Shown here: piece after piece, positions 31,159-40,831 of the stretch
How the letters are laid out: each line of letters starts with the position of its first letter
Position numbering within the stretch: the stretch's first letter is position 1
From: an uncultured delta proteobacterium
GTDB lineage: Bacteria > Desulfobacterota > Desulfobacteria > Desulfobacterales > UBA2156
Length of the DNA: 64,000 nucleotides
Assembly (NCBI GenBank): GCA_963736855.1
Contig: CAVTQK010000015.1
Location: forward strand, 727,345-791,344
Direction of reading: 5' to 3'
The notes under the pieces: generated by a model
Databases searched by the model: none
Seen by the model: the letters and a program-made list of their open reading frames with translations, nothing else
What the model was told of the DNA's origin: nothing
Position numbers and translations under genes: made by a program

Positions 31159-32007
31159 ATGAACTCGCCGTACCTCCGCAGGAAGCTGCCGCTTCTCGCC
31201 GCTCTTCTCTCGCTCGCCATCGCAGCGCCGGCCCGTGCCGAGGCGCCCCCTCCGCCCAAGGAGGAGTCCTTCTTCACGACCACGAACGTGCAGCTGCTCT
31301 GGGGCGGTGGCTTCTCCGACGCCCAGCTCGGGTACTTCACGAAGACCCAGAGCATGTTCACGCTGACGCTCAACAACTACACGCAGTTCAAGTACGGCGA
31401 CAGCTTCGCCTTCGTCGACATGTACCAGGGCGACTTCGTGGACCCGTTCCTCCCGGGCAACGTGTCGGCCGGCAACGCCAAGCTCTACGCCGAGTGGCAC
31501 CCCCGCCTCTTCATCAACAAGATGATCGGCCAGAAGGACCCGGTGCTGGGCGTCATCGGCAACTGGGGCCCGGCCTTCGAGATCAACGTCGGGAACAACT
31601 TCGTCGCCTACCTGGCCGGCGCGGGTGCCGACCTGTTCCTCCCCTTCAACATCTACGTCGGGGTGAACCTCTACTACCGGTACAGCGCGCTGTGGATCTT
31701 CCCCGGCGCGGGCGGCACGATCTACACCCACACCTGGCAGTTCAGCCCCTTCTGGACGGTCCCCTTCCAGATCGGCCCGGTGCCCTTCCTCTTCACCGGG
31801 TTCCTGGACATGTACCGCTACAACACCGGCGGCGTGGACGTGATGTTCCAGCCCCAGCTCGTCGTCGACGTCCTGGCGCCGTTCGGCGGCAAGAGCAACA
31901 CGCTCTTCGCCGGCATGGAGTGGTACCTGCACTCCTACGTCTTCGACGGCTTCGACCGCCACACCGTGTCGGCACCTCAGATGATGGTGCAGTGGAACAT
32001 CCACTGA
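31159..32007 (+). CDS. Tsx-like nucleoside/nucleobase outer membrane channel
   Basis: Signal peptide, 'FKYGDSFAFVD', 'LYAEWHPR', 'FTGFLD', 'QPQLVVD', 'AGMEW', aromatic-rich beta strands; upstream of uraA. Confidence 0.75.
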   Translation: MNSPYLRRKLPLLAALLSLAIAAPARAEAPPPPKEESFFTTTNVQLLWGGGFSDAQLGYFTKTQSMFTLTLNNYTQFKYGDSFAFVDMYQGDFVDPFLPGNVSAGNAKLYAEWHPRLFINKMIGQKDPVLGVIGNWGPAFEINVGNNFVAYLAGAGADLFLPFNIYVGVNLYYRYSALWIFPGAGGTIYTHTWQFSPFWTVPFQIGPVPFLFTGFLDMYRYNTGGVDVMFQPQLVVDVLAPFGGKSNTLFAGMEWYLHSYVFDGFDRHTVSAPQMMVQWNIH

Positions 32008-32088
32008 TCGCGGCCTGACGCGGGGGCGCACCGGGCGGTCCCGGCGCGTCCTCGCGGTCCTGCTCGCCATCCACCGACCGGAGGACTC

Positions 32089-33387
32089 TTGGCACCTCGC
32101 ACCGTGGGCATCACCGAGCGGCTCCCGCTTCTCCAGGCGCTGCCCCTCTCGCTCCAGCACCTCTTCGCCATGTTCGGCGCCACCGTCCTCGTTCCCTTCC
32201 TGGTCGGGCTCGACACCTCGGTCACGCTCTTCACGAGCGGCGTCGGCACGCTCCTCTACATCGTCATCACCAAGGGGCGCATCCCGGCCTACCTGGGATC
32301 GTCCTTCGCCTTCATCGCCGCGCTCTCCGGCATCCTGGCCGTGAAGCCGGGGCAGATCGCCCCCGACGAGCGGGTGGCCATCGCCATGGGCGGCTGCGTC
32401 ACGGTGGGCGTCATCTACATCGTGGTGGCCGCGGCCATCGGCAAGTTCGGGACGGGCTGGGTGGACAAGCTGCTCCCGCCCGTGGTCATCGGCCCGGTGG
32501 TCATGGTCATCGGGCTCGGGCTGGCCGGCGTGGCGGTGAACGTCATGGCCATGCAGGGCGGCACCGGCACCTACCACCCCGAGTACTTCCGGGTCGCGCT
32601 GGTGGCGCTCGCCATCGCCATCCTGGCGGCCGTGTTCCTCAAGGGGTTCCTGGGAGTCATCCCCATCCTCATCGGCATCGTGGGCGGCTACCTGGTGGCG
32701 TTCCTGGCCGGCCAGGTCGACCTGTCCGGCGTGGCCGCCGCCAAGGCCATGGCGGTCCCGCACTTCACGCTGCCCAGGTTCCAGTGGGGCGCCATCCTGA
32801 CCCTCGCCCCCATCTCGCTGGTGGTCATCACCGAGCACATCGGCCACCTCATCGTCACCGAGAACGTGGTGGGCGTGAAGCTGGTGAAGGACCCGGGGCT
32901 CCACCGGTCGCTGGCCGGCGACGGGGTGGCCACCGCGGTGTCCGGCCTGCTGGGCGGCCCTCCCAACACCACCTACGGGGAGAACATCGGCGTCATGGCC
33001 ATCACCCGCGTCTTCAGCGTCTGGGTCATCGGCGGCGCCGCGGTCATCGCCATCGCCATGTCGTTCTTCCCGCCCATCGGGGCGCTCATCCGCAGCATCC
33101 CCACCCAGGTCATGGGCGGCATCTGCATCCTGCTCTTCGGGATCATCGCCTCGGCGGGGGTGCGCATGCTGGTGGACGCCCGGGTCGACTTCTCCGAGAC
33201 CCGCAACCTGATCATCGCCTCGGTGATCCTGGTCATCGGGATCGGCGGCGCCAAGATCCACCTCGGTCCGGTGGAGATCGGCGAGATGTCGCTCGCCACC
33301 TACGTGGGCGTGATCCTGAACCTGGTCCTTCCCGCCCGCCGCGGCTCGCCGGAGCTGGCCGCCTCGGCCGCGGCGCCGGACGTGTAG
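32089..33387 (+). CDS. uraA: NCS2 uracil permease
   Basis: 'SLQHLFAMFGATVLVP', 'PAYLGSSFAFI', 'EHIGH', 'PNTTYGENIGVMAITRV'. Confidence 0.93.
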   Translation: MAPRTVGITERLPLLQALPLSLQHLFAMFGATVLVPFLVGLDTSVTLFTSGVGTLLYIVITKGRIPAYLGSSFAFIAALSGILAVKPGQIAPDERVAIAMGGCVTVGVIYIVVAAAIGKFGTGWVDKLLPPVVIGPVVMVIGLGLAGVAVNVMAMQGGTGTYHPEYFRVALVALAIAILAAVFLKGFLGVIPILIGIVGGYLVAFLAGQVDLSGVAAAKAMAVPHFTLPRFQWGAILTLAPISLVVITEHIGHLIVTENVVGVKLVKDPGLHRSLAGDGVATAVSGLLGGPPNTTYGENIGVMAITRVFSVWVIGGAAVIAIAMSFFPPIGALIRSIPTQVMGGICILLFGIIASAGVRMLVDARVDFSETRNLIIASVILVIGIGGAKIHLGPVEIGEMSLATYVGVILNLVLPARRGSPELAASAAAPDV

Positions 33388-33392
33388 GCCTC

Positions 33393-33408
33393 CGGTCCGG
33401 CCGGACCG
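33393..33408. terminator. Perfect 16-bp palindrome right after uraA
   Basis: cggtccggccggaccg. Confidence 0.35.
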
Positions 33409-33450
33409 ATGGGGTGGCGCCCCGATCCGGTATCCGCTATAACGGAAGCC

Positions 33451-34155
33451 ATGTCGACCCATCCGTTCCGGACCGCCGATCCCTACCGCGACCTCGCCGT
33501 GATCGACGAGCGGGCCCCGCGGCTGAACCAGCTCCTCACCGGAGTCCTGGCGCTCTCCGCGCTCCTCACCGGTGCCTGGCCGCTCGTCGCCCTGGCGGCC
33601 GTCCAGATCTCCACCGGCCTCCTCCTGGGCCGGCGCTGGTGCCTCGCCTGCCGGCTCTACTTCGGGCTCGTCCAGCCGGTCCTGGGCGAGGGGCCCGTCG
33701 AGGACGCCCGTCCCGTGAAGTTCGCCAACCAGGTCGGGGCGGCCTTCCTGTGGTCCTCCACGCTGCTGCACCTGGCGGGCCTGCACGCCGCGGGCAACGT
33801 GCTGGCCGGCGTGGTGGCCGCGCTGGCCCTGCTCGCCGCCAGCACCGGATTCTGCGCGGGCTGCACGCTCTACCGGGCCTGGGCCTTCCTGCGGGGAGTC
33901 CGGGGAGGGACCCCGGGGCATCTCGACCTGGCCGAGGTGGGCGGCACCCCTGGCCGGGAGTCGGTGGTCCAGTTCACCCACCCGCTCTGCGCCGACTGCC
34001 AGGAGCTCTCCACCCGCCTGTCCGCCTCCGGCCAGGACCCGGTGCTGGTGGACGTGTCCAGGCGGCCCGACCTGGCGCGGAAGTACGGCGTCGCCGTGGT
34101 CCCGTTCGCGGTGGCCGTCCGCGCCAACGGCAGCGTCGAGCGCCGGGTTCACTGA
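33451..34155 (+). CDS. DUF4395-like membrane domain fused to a thioredoxin-like domain
   Basis: 'IDERAPR', 'EDARPVKFANQVG', 'GFCAGC' then 'FTHPLCADC...LARKYGVAVVP'. Confidence 0.8.
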   Translation: MSTHPFRTADPYRDLAVIDERAPRLNQLLTGVLALSALLTGAWPLVALAAVQISTGLLLGRRWCLACRLYFGLVQPVLGEGPVEDARPVKFANQVGAAFLWSSTLLHLAGLHAAGNVLAGVVAALALLAASTGFCAGCTLYRAWAFLRGVRGGTPGHLDLAEVGGTPGRESVVQFTHPLCADCQELSTRLSASGQDPVLVDVSRRPDLARKYGVAVVPFAVAVRANGSVERRVH

Positions 34156-34721
34156 CCGCGGCGTGCCCGGAGGCGCCGCGCCAGCAGTACCCGAAGCACC
34201 CCGATGCACGCCCAGCCCCACAGGGTTCCCCAGGCCGCACCGATGACGACGTCGCCGGGCCAGTGGACGCCCACGTACATGCGGCTCCAGGCCATCCCCA
34301 CGGCCAGGGCGAAGAGGAGCGGGGCCAGGGCCGGCAGGCCCGCCGATCCCACCGCCGCCATGGCGAAGAAGTTCGCGACGTGGAGGCTGGGGATGGACCC
34401 CACGTTGGCCGCCGGCGACAGGAACCGGACCGTTCCCTCCTGCAGGGCATAGACCGGCCGGGCCCGGGGCAGGAGCGGGCGGAGCACCTGCGAGCCGAGC
34501 CCGTCGGTGAGGGCCAGCGCGGCTGCGAGGGCCAGGACCCAGGCCAGTCGCTCCCCCTGGCGCCGGAGGAGCAGGCCGGCCGCGAGCAGGACCGCCACCG
34601 ACGCGCCGAAGGCCGGGGTGGAGAGGGCTCGCGCCAGGGCGTCGACCCACGGGCCGGCGTCCACGTTCACGGCGCGGAAGATGCGCTCCTCGACGGCGAG
34701 ATGGAGGTCGGCGGGGGTCAC
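34149..34721 (-). CDS. PAP2-family phosphatase
   Basis: 'RARP', 'PSLH', 'SRMYVGVHWPGDV'. Confidence 0.88.
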   Translation of the reverse strand: MTPADLHLAVEERIFRAVNVDAGPWVDALARALSTPAFGASVAVLLAAGLLLRRQGERLAWVLALAAALALTDGLGSQVLRPLLPRARPVYALQEGTVRFLSPAANVGSIPSLHVANFFAMAAVGSAGLPALAPLLFALAVGMAWSRMYVGVHWPGDVVIGAAWGTLWGWACIGVLRVLLARRLRARRGQ

Positions 34722-34836
34722 GGACGGGCCAGCGACGCCGAGGATACTCCAGGACCGCCCCCAGAGGGTCGATGCGCCCGTTCCTCCGCCCGGTACAGTC
34801 GATCGGGGACCGGGGAGAGCCCGGGGAGGGGGAGAC

Positions 34837-36021
34837 ATGCGGGGGAGTCCTGCGCTCGCGGCGCTCGTTGTACTCGGAGTGACGTGGGCGCCCGATGCCG
34901 CGCCGGCCGGCGGTGACTGGCTCGACCGGCCGACGCTGGCGGAGTGGAACAAGGCGGGCGCGGAGATCCCCCGCGCGCCGAGGTTCGACCCCGACCCGTT
35001 CCTCGCCAGGCAGTGCGCCGGGCAGGCCCGCGCCCCGGTCTCGAACGGCGACCGGGCGGTCGTGGCGGCCGGCTGGAAGCTCATCGGCGCCTCCCAGTCC
35101 TTCGGGGGGACCGAGGTGGTCCTGGGTCGCTCGGGAGTGGACGGGATGTGCCGGCCGCTGGGCTTCCAGGCCTTCGTCTTCGTGGGCGGACGCTTCGCGG
35201 GCACGCTGGCCCCGCGCCCCGTGGACTCCCGGTCAGACGGCATGGCCCAGGTCCCACAGATGTGGTCCGCCGACGGGATCGTGGTGCCCTTCTCCCGCTA
35301 CGCGAGCACCGACCCGCTCTGCTGCCCGTCGCGCGTGAGCACCGTCCAGTACCGGATCGAGACCGGGGCCCGGGGGCCGGTGGTGAGGGCCGTCGGGGTC
35401 ACCACCATCGCCGCCGGCGACGCACCCCCTCCTCCTCCCCCGGCCAGCATCGCGCTCCGGACGTGGCAGCTCGTGCGGATCCAGATGATGGACGACGCGG
35501 TCCTCGTCCCCGATCACCCGTCCCGGTACACGCTGGAGCTGGGGAGCGACGGGCGCGCCTCGGTCCGGGCCGACTGCAACCGGGGGAGCGGGCCCTACAG
35601 GCTGGACGGCCGGTCGCTCACCTTCGGCCCGCTCGCCACCACGCGCGCCATGTGCCCACCCGGTTCGCTCTCCGACCGCTACCTGGCGCAGCTCTCCCAG
35701 GCCGCCTCCTGGCTCGAGCGGGACGGGAAGCTCCACGTCGCCACACGCGCGGACGGCTCCATCCTGGAGTTCCAGCCCGCCCCCGGGCAGGACGGCCTCA
35801 TGAGCCCGTCCGAGCGCTGCACCCGGAGCGGCGGGACGGAGGGCTCGGCGAGCTGCTGCGGCCTGGTGGGCGACTTCCCCAACACCTGCCGCGCCGGGAC
35901 CTGCGGCTGCGCGCCCGGGAGCAGCCACGCGGTCCAGGTGTGCCAGTGCCCTCCGGGCCAGTGCTTCGACGGCAAGTCGTGCACGGCGGCGACGACGCCT
36001 CCGGCCGGTCAGCTCCGGTAG
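34837..36021 (+). CDS. Secreted multidomain protein: LppP/LprE-like + META (HslJ) + Cys-rich C-terminal domain
   Basis: Signal peptide; 'DGMCRP...FVFVGG...DPLCCPS'; poly-Pro; 'ADCNRGSG...TTRAMC'; 10-Cys tail. Confidence 0.75.
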   Translation: MRGSPALAALVVLGVTWAPDAAPAGGDWLDRPTLAEWNKAGAEIPRAPRFDPDPFLARQCAGQARAPVSNGDRAVVAAGWKLIGASQSFGGTEVVLGRSGVDGMCRPLGFQAFVFVGGRFAGTLAPRPVDSRSDGMAQVPQMWSADGIVVPFSRYASTDPLCCPSRVSTVQYRIETGARGPVVRAVGVTTIAAGDAPPPPPPASIALRTWQLVRIQMMDDAVLVPDHPSRYTLELGSDGRASVRADCNRGSGPYRLDGRSLTFGPLATTRAMCPPGSLSDRYLAQLSQAASWLERDGKLHVATRADGSILEFQPAPGQDGLMSPSERCTRSGGTEGSASCCGLVGDFPNTCRAGTCGCAPGSSHAVQVCQCPPGQCFDGKSCTAATTPPAGQLR

Positions 36022-37328
36022 TCGGCGTTCTCGGTCACGTACTCGTGGCTCCGGTCGGCGCCGAGCACCTCGGCCACCGCGGAGCCCAGCCCGAGGTCGA
36101 CCTCGATCTCCACCGAGCGCTCGTGCGGCGGGTAGTCCACCGGCGGACGGAAGGTCAGGCCGTCCGGGGGCGGGACCGAGGCGTACAGCTCGGCGCCCTT
36201 CATGTGCAGGTGCAGGCGCCGCTCCCTCTCCGGGTCGAGGCGCATGGCCCCCTCCTCGAAGATGGTCTCGCCCCCGAGCCGCAGCCGCACCGCCGCCGGG
36301 TCGAGCCCGAGCCCGCTGCGCCCCGCCTGCTTGCCGATGGCGGCCAGCAGTCGCCCCACGTTGGGGTCGTTGCCGTTCACGGCGCACTGCACCAGCGGTG
36401 AATTGACCACCGCCTTCCCGATCTCCCGGGCCGATCGCGCGTCGGGCGCGCCGCGGACCACCACGTGCAGGACGTGGTGCACCCCCTCCCCGTTGCGGAC
36501 CACGTCCTCGGCCAGGTCGCGGGTCAGGCGAGAGAGCGCCTCCCGGAAGGCCCGCGGGTCCGGCGCGGGGCGTCGCATCGAGGAGACCAGCGCCACCGTG
36601 TCGGAGGTGCTGGTGTCCGAGTCGACGGTGATGCACTGGAAGCTCCCCTCGACCGCCTCGTCGAGGGCGGCTCGAAGCTCCTCGCGCGGAACCGAGAGGT
36701 CGGTCAGGAGGTAGACGAGCATGGTGGCCAGGTCGGGCTCGATCATGCCGGCCCCCTTGGCGATGCCCACGATGCTGCCCTGCCCCACCGCCACGCGGCG
36801 CACCTTGGGGTAGAGGTCGGTGGTGAGGATGGCCTCCGCCGCGGGCAGGACGCTGTCGGCCTGGAGCGAGGCCACCGCGCCGGGCAGGGCCGCGACCATC
36901 TCCTTCACCGGAAGTCTCCAGCCGATGACGCCGGTGGAGCTGGGGAGCACCTCGGTCGAACCCACCCCGAGCAGGCGCGCCGCGGCCGCCGCCACCTCCT
37001 CGGCCGCCTCCACGCCGCCGGGAGCGCACACGTTCGAGACCTTGTTGTTCACCACCCAGGCGGCGAGCCGCGGGCCGGCGAGGCGAGCCCTTCCCACGAT
37101 CACCGGCGCGCCGGGGAAGGCGTTGCGGGTGAACTTGGCGGCGAAGGACGGGGTGGGCGCGTCGACGGCGAGGATCGCCAGGTTCATCCTCGCCGGCTTC
37201 GGGACCTCCACCGGCGTGAAGTCGAGACGCGCGGTGCCGACGCGAAAGCCGAGGGGGAGGCGGGACTGGGACTCGAGCCAGGCCCGGTGCTGGGCGCGGC
37301 TCGTGAACGTTAGCTGGGTGCTCGGCAT
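36009..37328 (-). CDS. argJ: Ornithine acetyltransferase / N-acetylglutamate synthase
   Basis: 'FTRN', 'SSTGVIG', 'ILTTD', 'AKGAGMIEPDLATML', 'DSDTSTSD', 'NSPLV', 'DPNVGR', 'EYVTENADYRS'. Confidence 0.93.
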   Translation of the reverse strand: MPSTQLTFTSRAQHRAWLESQSRLPLGFRVGTARLDFTPVEVPKPARMNLAILAVDAPTPSFAAKFTRNAFPGAPVIVGRARLAGPRLAAWVVNNKVSNVCAPGGVEAAEEVAAAAARLLGVGSTEVLPSSTGVIGWRLPVKEMVAALPGAVASLQADSVLPAAEAILTTDLYPKVRRVAVGQGSIVGIAKGAGMIEPDLATMLVYLLTDLSVPREELRAALDEAVEGSFQCITVDSDTSTSDTVALVSSMRRPAPDPRAFREALSRLTRDLAEDVVRNGEGVHHVLHVVVRGAPDARSAREIGKAVVNSPLVQCAVNGNDPNVGRLLAAIGKQAGRSGLGLDPAAVRLRLGGETIFEEGAMRLDPERERRLHLHMKGAELYASVPPPDGLTFRPPVDYPPHERSVEIEVDLGLGSAVAEVLGADRSHEYVTENADYRS

Positions 37329-37464
37329 GGATTCCCCATCCAAGCGTCGCGGCGCCGCGAGGTCAACCCCGAACGGGTCTCCTGATGGTACGCGGCCCCC
37401 TGGCCGCTTATATGTGCCTTTCGCCGCCACTCCCGCCGTCGACCCATTCCCCGGAGAACCACAG

Positions 37465-37869
37465 ATGAAGAACGCCGTCCGCACCTTGCTCGTCGCCGTC
37501 CTCGCCGCACCCACCTTCGCCCTCGCCCAGATGCCCTCGACGCCCCAGGTGCCGTCGGCTCCCCCGGCCCCGTCCACCACGGACCTCAAGGCGGCCGGCA
37601 CCACCGCCGGCGCCAAGGCCACCGACTCGGCCAAGGCCACCGGCGCCGCCGCCACGGACGCCACCAAGGCCCAGGCCGCCTCCACCGGCCAGCAGGTCAA
37701 GGCCACCGCCAAGACCGAGGGCAAGAAGGCCGCCAAGAAGGGCGTGGACGCCGGCGCCGCCAAGACCGGCACCGTGGGCGCCACGGTCGCCCCGCACGCG
37801 CACGATGCCGCCGCCACGGGCGTCGACAAGGGCGTGGACAAGGCCGCCGACAAGGCCGGCATCAAGTAG
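37465..37869 (+). CDS. Secreted low-complexity Ala/Thr/Lys-rich protein
   Basis: GGAG RBS, signal peptide 'MKNAVRTLLVAVLAAPTFALA', strong C-ending codon bias. Confidence 0.8.
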   Translation: MKNAVRTLLVAVLAAPTFALAQMPSTPQVPSAPPAPSTTDLKAAGTTAGAKATDSAKATGAAATDATKAQAASTGQQVKATAKTEGKKAAKKGVDAGAAKTGTVGATVAPHAHDAAATGVDKGVDKAADKAGIK

Positions 37870-37888
37870 CCGACCCTGGCAGGACCCG

Positions 37889-37919
37889 CGGCCCCGCCGG
37901 GTTGGCCCTGGTGGGGCCG
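37889..37919 (+). terminator. 13-bp GC hairpin after the low-complexity gene
   Basis: cggccccgccggg / cctggtggggccg with two G-U pairs. Confidence 0.45.
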
Positions 37920-37968
37920 TATCGCGTCCGCCGCCGGGCGCCCGACGCCCGGTGCTAGGCTCGGGACC

Positions 37969-39113
37969 ATGGGTCCCGCGGGCGTGCTTCCCGAGGCACC
38001 GGCCGCGATGGAGACGTCGCGGGAGGGGGGGCGACGCTCGTCGTCCGGCTTCGGGGCGCCTGGCGCCTCGCCGGCGAGCTGCCCGCCGCCTCCGAGGTCG
38101 AGCGGGAACTGGCCCGCGCCCCCGCCGCCTCGCTGCGGATGGACGCGACCGGAGTCGGCGGGTGGGACAGCGGGCTCGTGGTCTTCCTCTACGGAGTGCT
38201 CGAGGCCTGCCGCGCCCGGGGCGTCCCGGTGACCCACTCCGGCCTGCCAGGGACGCTCGAGCGCATGCTGGCGCTCGTCCAGGAGTCGGCACTCCCGCCG
38301 TCGGCACCGGCCACCCCCGGGGGATGGCTCGAGCGGCTGGGGCATCGCGCGCTCTCGTGGCGGGAGAAGGCCCGGGCCACCGCCCTCTTCGTGGGCGAGA
38401 CCACGCTGGCGCTCGGGCGCTTCGTGGTGGGACGCGCCCGCTTCCGCGGGCAGGACCTGGGACTTCTCTTCGAGGGTGCCGGCCCGGGCGCGCTCCCCAT
38501 CGTCGCCCTGGTGAACTTCCTCGTCGGGATCATCCTGGCGTTCGTGGGCATCACGCAGCTGCGCCGCTTCGGGGCCGAGTACTACGTGGCCGACATCGTG
38601 GGCATCGCGGTGACGCGCGACATGGCGGCCCTCATCACGGCGGTGGTCCTGGCGGGGCGCAGCGGCGCTGCCTACGCCGCGCAGCTCGCCACCATGAAGG
38701 TGACCCAGGAGGTGGACGCGCTGCGCACCCTCGGCATCTCCCCCGTGGAGTTCCTGGTGGTGCCCCGGCTCGTCGCCCTCACCCTGATGATGCCGTTCCT
38801 CACCCTCTTCGCCGACCTGATGGGGATCCTGGGCGGCGCGGCGGTGGGCACCACCATGATGAACCAGGCGATGGCCGCCTACCTGCGCCAGACCTCCCAG
38901 TCCGTCACCACGGGTGACATCGCCGGCGGGCTCGCGAAGTCGGCGGTCTACGGCACCCTCATCGCCCTGACCGGGACCGCGCGCGGGCTCGAGGCCGAGC
39001 GGAGCTCGGAGCGGGTCGGCGAGGCCGCCACCAAGGCGGTGGTCACCGGGGTGGTGGCCATCATCGCCGCCTGTGGCGTATTCCAGTACGTCTTCTTCCT
39101 GTTCGGGTGGTGA
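37969..39113 (+). CDS. mlaE: MlaE-family ABC permease with N-terminal STAS-like region (5' frameshifts)
   Basis: 'ALPIVAL', 'AGRSGAAYAAQLATMKVTQEVDAL', 'VGEAATKAVV'. Confidence 0.88.
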
Positions 39114-39865
39114 ACGTGGCCGACGCGATCCTGGGCGTGCGGGACCTGACCATGGCCTTCGGCGATCGGGTGGTCATGGAGGGGCTCGACTTCGAGATCC
39201 GGCGCGGCGAGATCTACGTGGTCATGGGCGGGAGCGGCTGCGGGAAGAGCACGCTCCTCCGCCACATGCTGGGGCTGCAGGAGCCCGCATCGGGGCAGGT
39301 GTTCTACGGCGAGGAGAGCTTCACCCGGGCCGGTCCGGCCGACCGGGAGCGCCTCCTGCGCCGGGTGGGGGTGCTCTACCAGGGAAGCGCGCTCTGGACC
39401 TCGATGACCCTGGCCGAGAACGTGGCCCTGCCGCTCCAGCAGTTCACCACCCTCTCCCCCTCCCGCATCCAGGAGGTGGTGGAGCTGAAGCTCGCGCTGG
39501 TGGGGCTCCACGGCTTCGAGTCCTTCCATCCCTGGGAGCTCTCCGGCGGGATGCAGAAGCGGGCGGGCCTGGCCCGCGCCATCGCGCTCGACCCGGAGAT
39601 CCTCTTCATCGACGAGCCGTCGGCCAGCCTCGACCCGCCCACGGGGAGGCGTCTCGACCGGCTCATCCGGGAGTTGCGGGACGCGCTCGGCACCACGGTG
39701 GTGGTGGTCACCCACGACGTGGCGAGCATCCTCGGCATCGCCACCCGCGCCCTCTTCCTCGACGCCGAGACCCGGCGGTCCATCGCCGAGGGGCCCCCCG
39801 CCGAGCTTCGCGATCACGGCCCCGAGCCGGTCCGGGCCTTCTTTGCCGGGGGCAAGGCCTCCTAG
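39107..39865 (+). CDS. mlaF: MlaF/Mkl-family ABC ATPase
   Basis: 'GGSGCGKST', 'LSGGMQKRAGLARA', 'DEP', 'VTHD'. Confidence 0.92.
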   Translation: MVNVADAILGVRDLTMAFGDRVVMEGLDFEIRRGEIYVVMGGSGCGKSTLLRHMLGLQEPASGQVFYGEESFTRAGPADRERLLRRVGVLYQGSALWTSMTLAENVALPLQQFTTLSPSRIQEVVELKLALVGLHGFESFHPWELSGGMQKRAGLARAIALDPEILFIDEPSASLDPPTGRRLDRLIRELRDALGTTVVVVTHDVASILGIATRALFLDAETRRSIAEGPPAELRDHGPEPVRAFFAGGKAS

Positions 39866-39874
39866 GGAGAAGAC

Positions 39875-40831
39875 ATGGCACGAAGGTTCAATCCACGGCT
39901 GGTCGGCGCCTTCGTCCTGGCGGCCGCCGCGCTCGGGGTGGCCGCCTCCATCTGGCTGGGCTCGAACCGGGTCTTCCAGCGGAAGGTCCGCTTCGTGGTG
40001 GTCTTCTCCCAGGACATCGCCGGGCTCGAGGTGGACTCGCCGGTGAAGTTCCGCGGGGTGCCGGTGGGGAGGGTGGCGAGCATCCACCTCTCCATCGGCT
40101 CGCCCGAGGCGCCGCTCCAGCAGATGTTCATGCCGGTGGTCATCGAGCTCAACCAGACGCGCATCCGGGAGATGGGGGAGAACACCGACCTCGGCAACCC
40201 GGAGGTGGTGAAGACGCTGGTCGAGCACGGGCTGCGGGCGCGGATCGCGCTCGAGAGCTTCCTGTCCGGGCGGCGCTACGTGGACCTGGACATCGTCTCC
40301 GATGCCCTGCCGCCGGAACCACCGCCCTTCGCCCTCACCTACCCGGCCATCCCCGCCCAGATCGAGCCCGGCCTGCTGTCGCTGCAGTCGGACGCCGCCA
40401 AGCTCATCGGAAAGCTGCAGTCGCTCGACCTGGACGGGCTCGTCGCCGACCTCCGCTCCGCGGCGAGAGGGGTGAGCCGGGCCTCGGGGCGGATCGACGA
40501 GGCGGGGCAGGGGCTTCCGCGCACGCTCGAGAGCATGGACCGGGCGCTCGCCGCCATCCGCGACGCCGCCCGGGCGCTCGAGAAGGAGGTTCCCGCCGTG
40601 GCCGGGGACGCCCGCGCTTCCATGCAGCGTCTCGCGTCGGCCCTGGACCAGCTGGACGCGACCCTGCGGGAGGTGAAGCTCTCCTTCGCGCCGGGCGCCC
40701 CGGTGCCGGCGCAGCTCGAGCAGACGCTCCGGGAGGTGGGGCAGGCGGCGCGTTCGCTCCGCGTGCTGGCCGACAGCCTGGAACGGGACCCCAGCCAGGT
40801 CGTCCGCGGCCGACCGGAGAGAAAGCCATGA
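39875..40831 (+). CDS. mlaD: MCE/MlaD-family protein with helical extension
   Basis: N-terminal TM, 'GLEVDSPVKFRGVPVGRV', 'LRVLADSLERDPSQVVRG'. Confidence 0.9.
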   Translation: MARRFNPRLVGAFVLAAAALGVAASIWLGSNRVFQRKVRFVVVFSQDIAGLEVDSPVKFRGVPVGRVASIHLSIGSPEAPLQQMFMPVVIELNQTRIREMGENTDLGNPEVVKTLVEHGLRARIALESFLSGRRYVDLDIVSDALPPEPPPFALTYPAIPAQIEPGLLSLQSDAAKLIGKLQSLDLDGLVADLRSAARGVSRASGRIDEAGQGLPRTLESMDRALAAIRDAARALEKEVPAVAGDARASMQRLASALDQLDATLREVKLSFAPGAPVPAQLEQTLREVGQAARSLRVLADSLERDPSQVVRGRPERKP

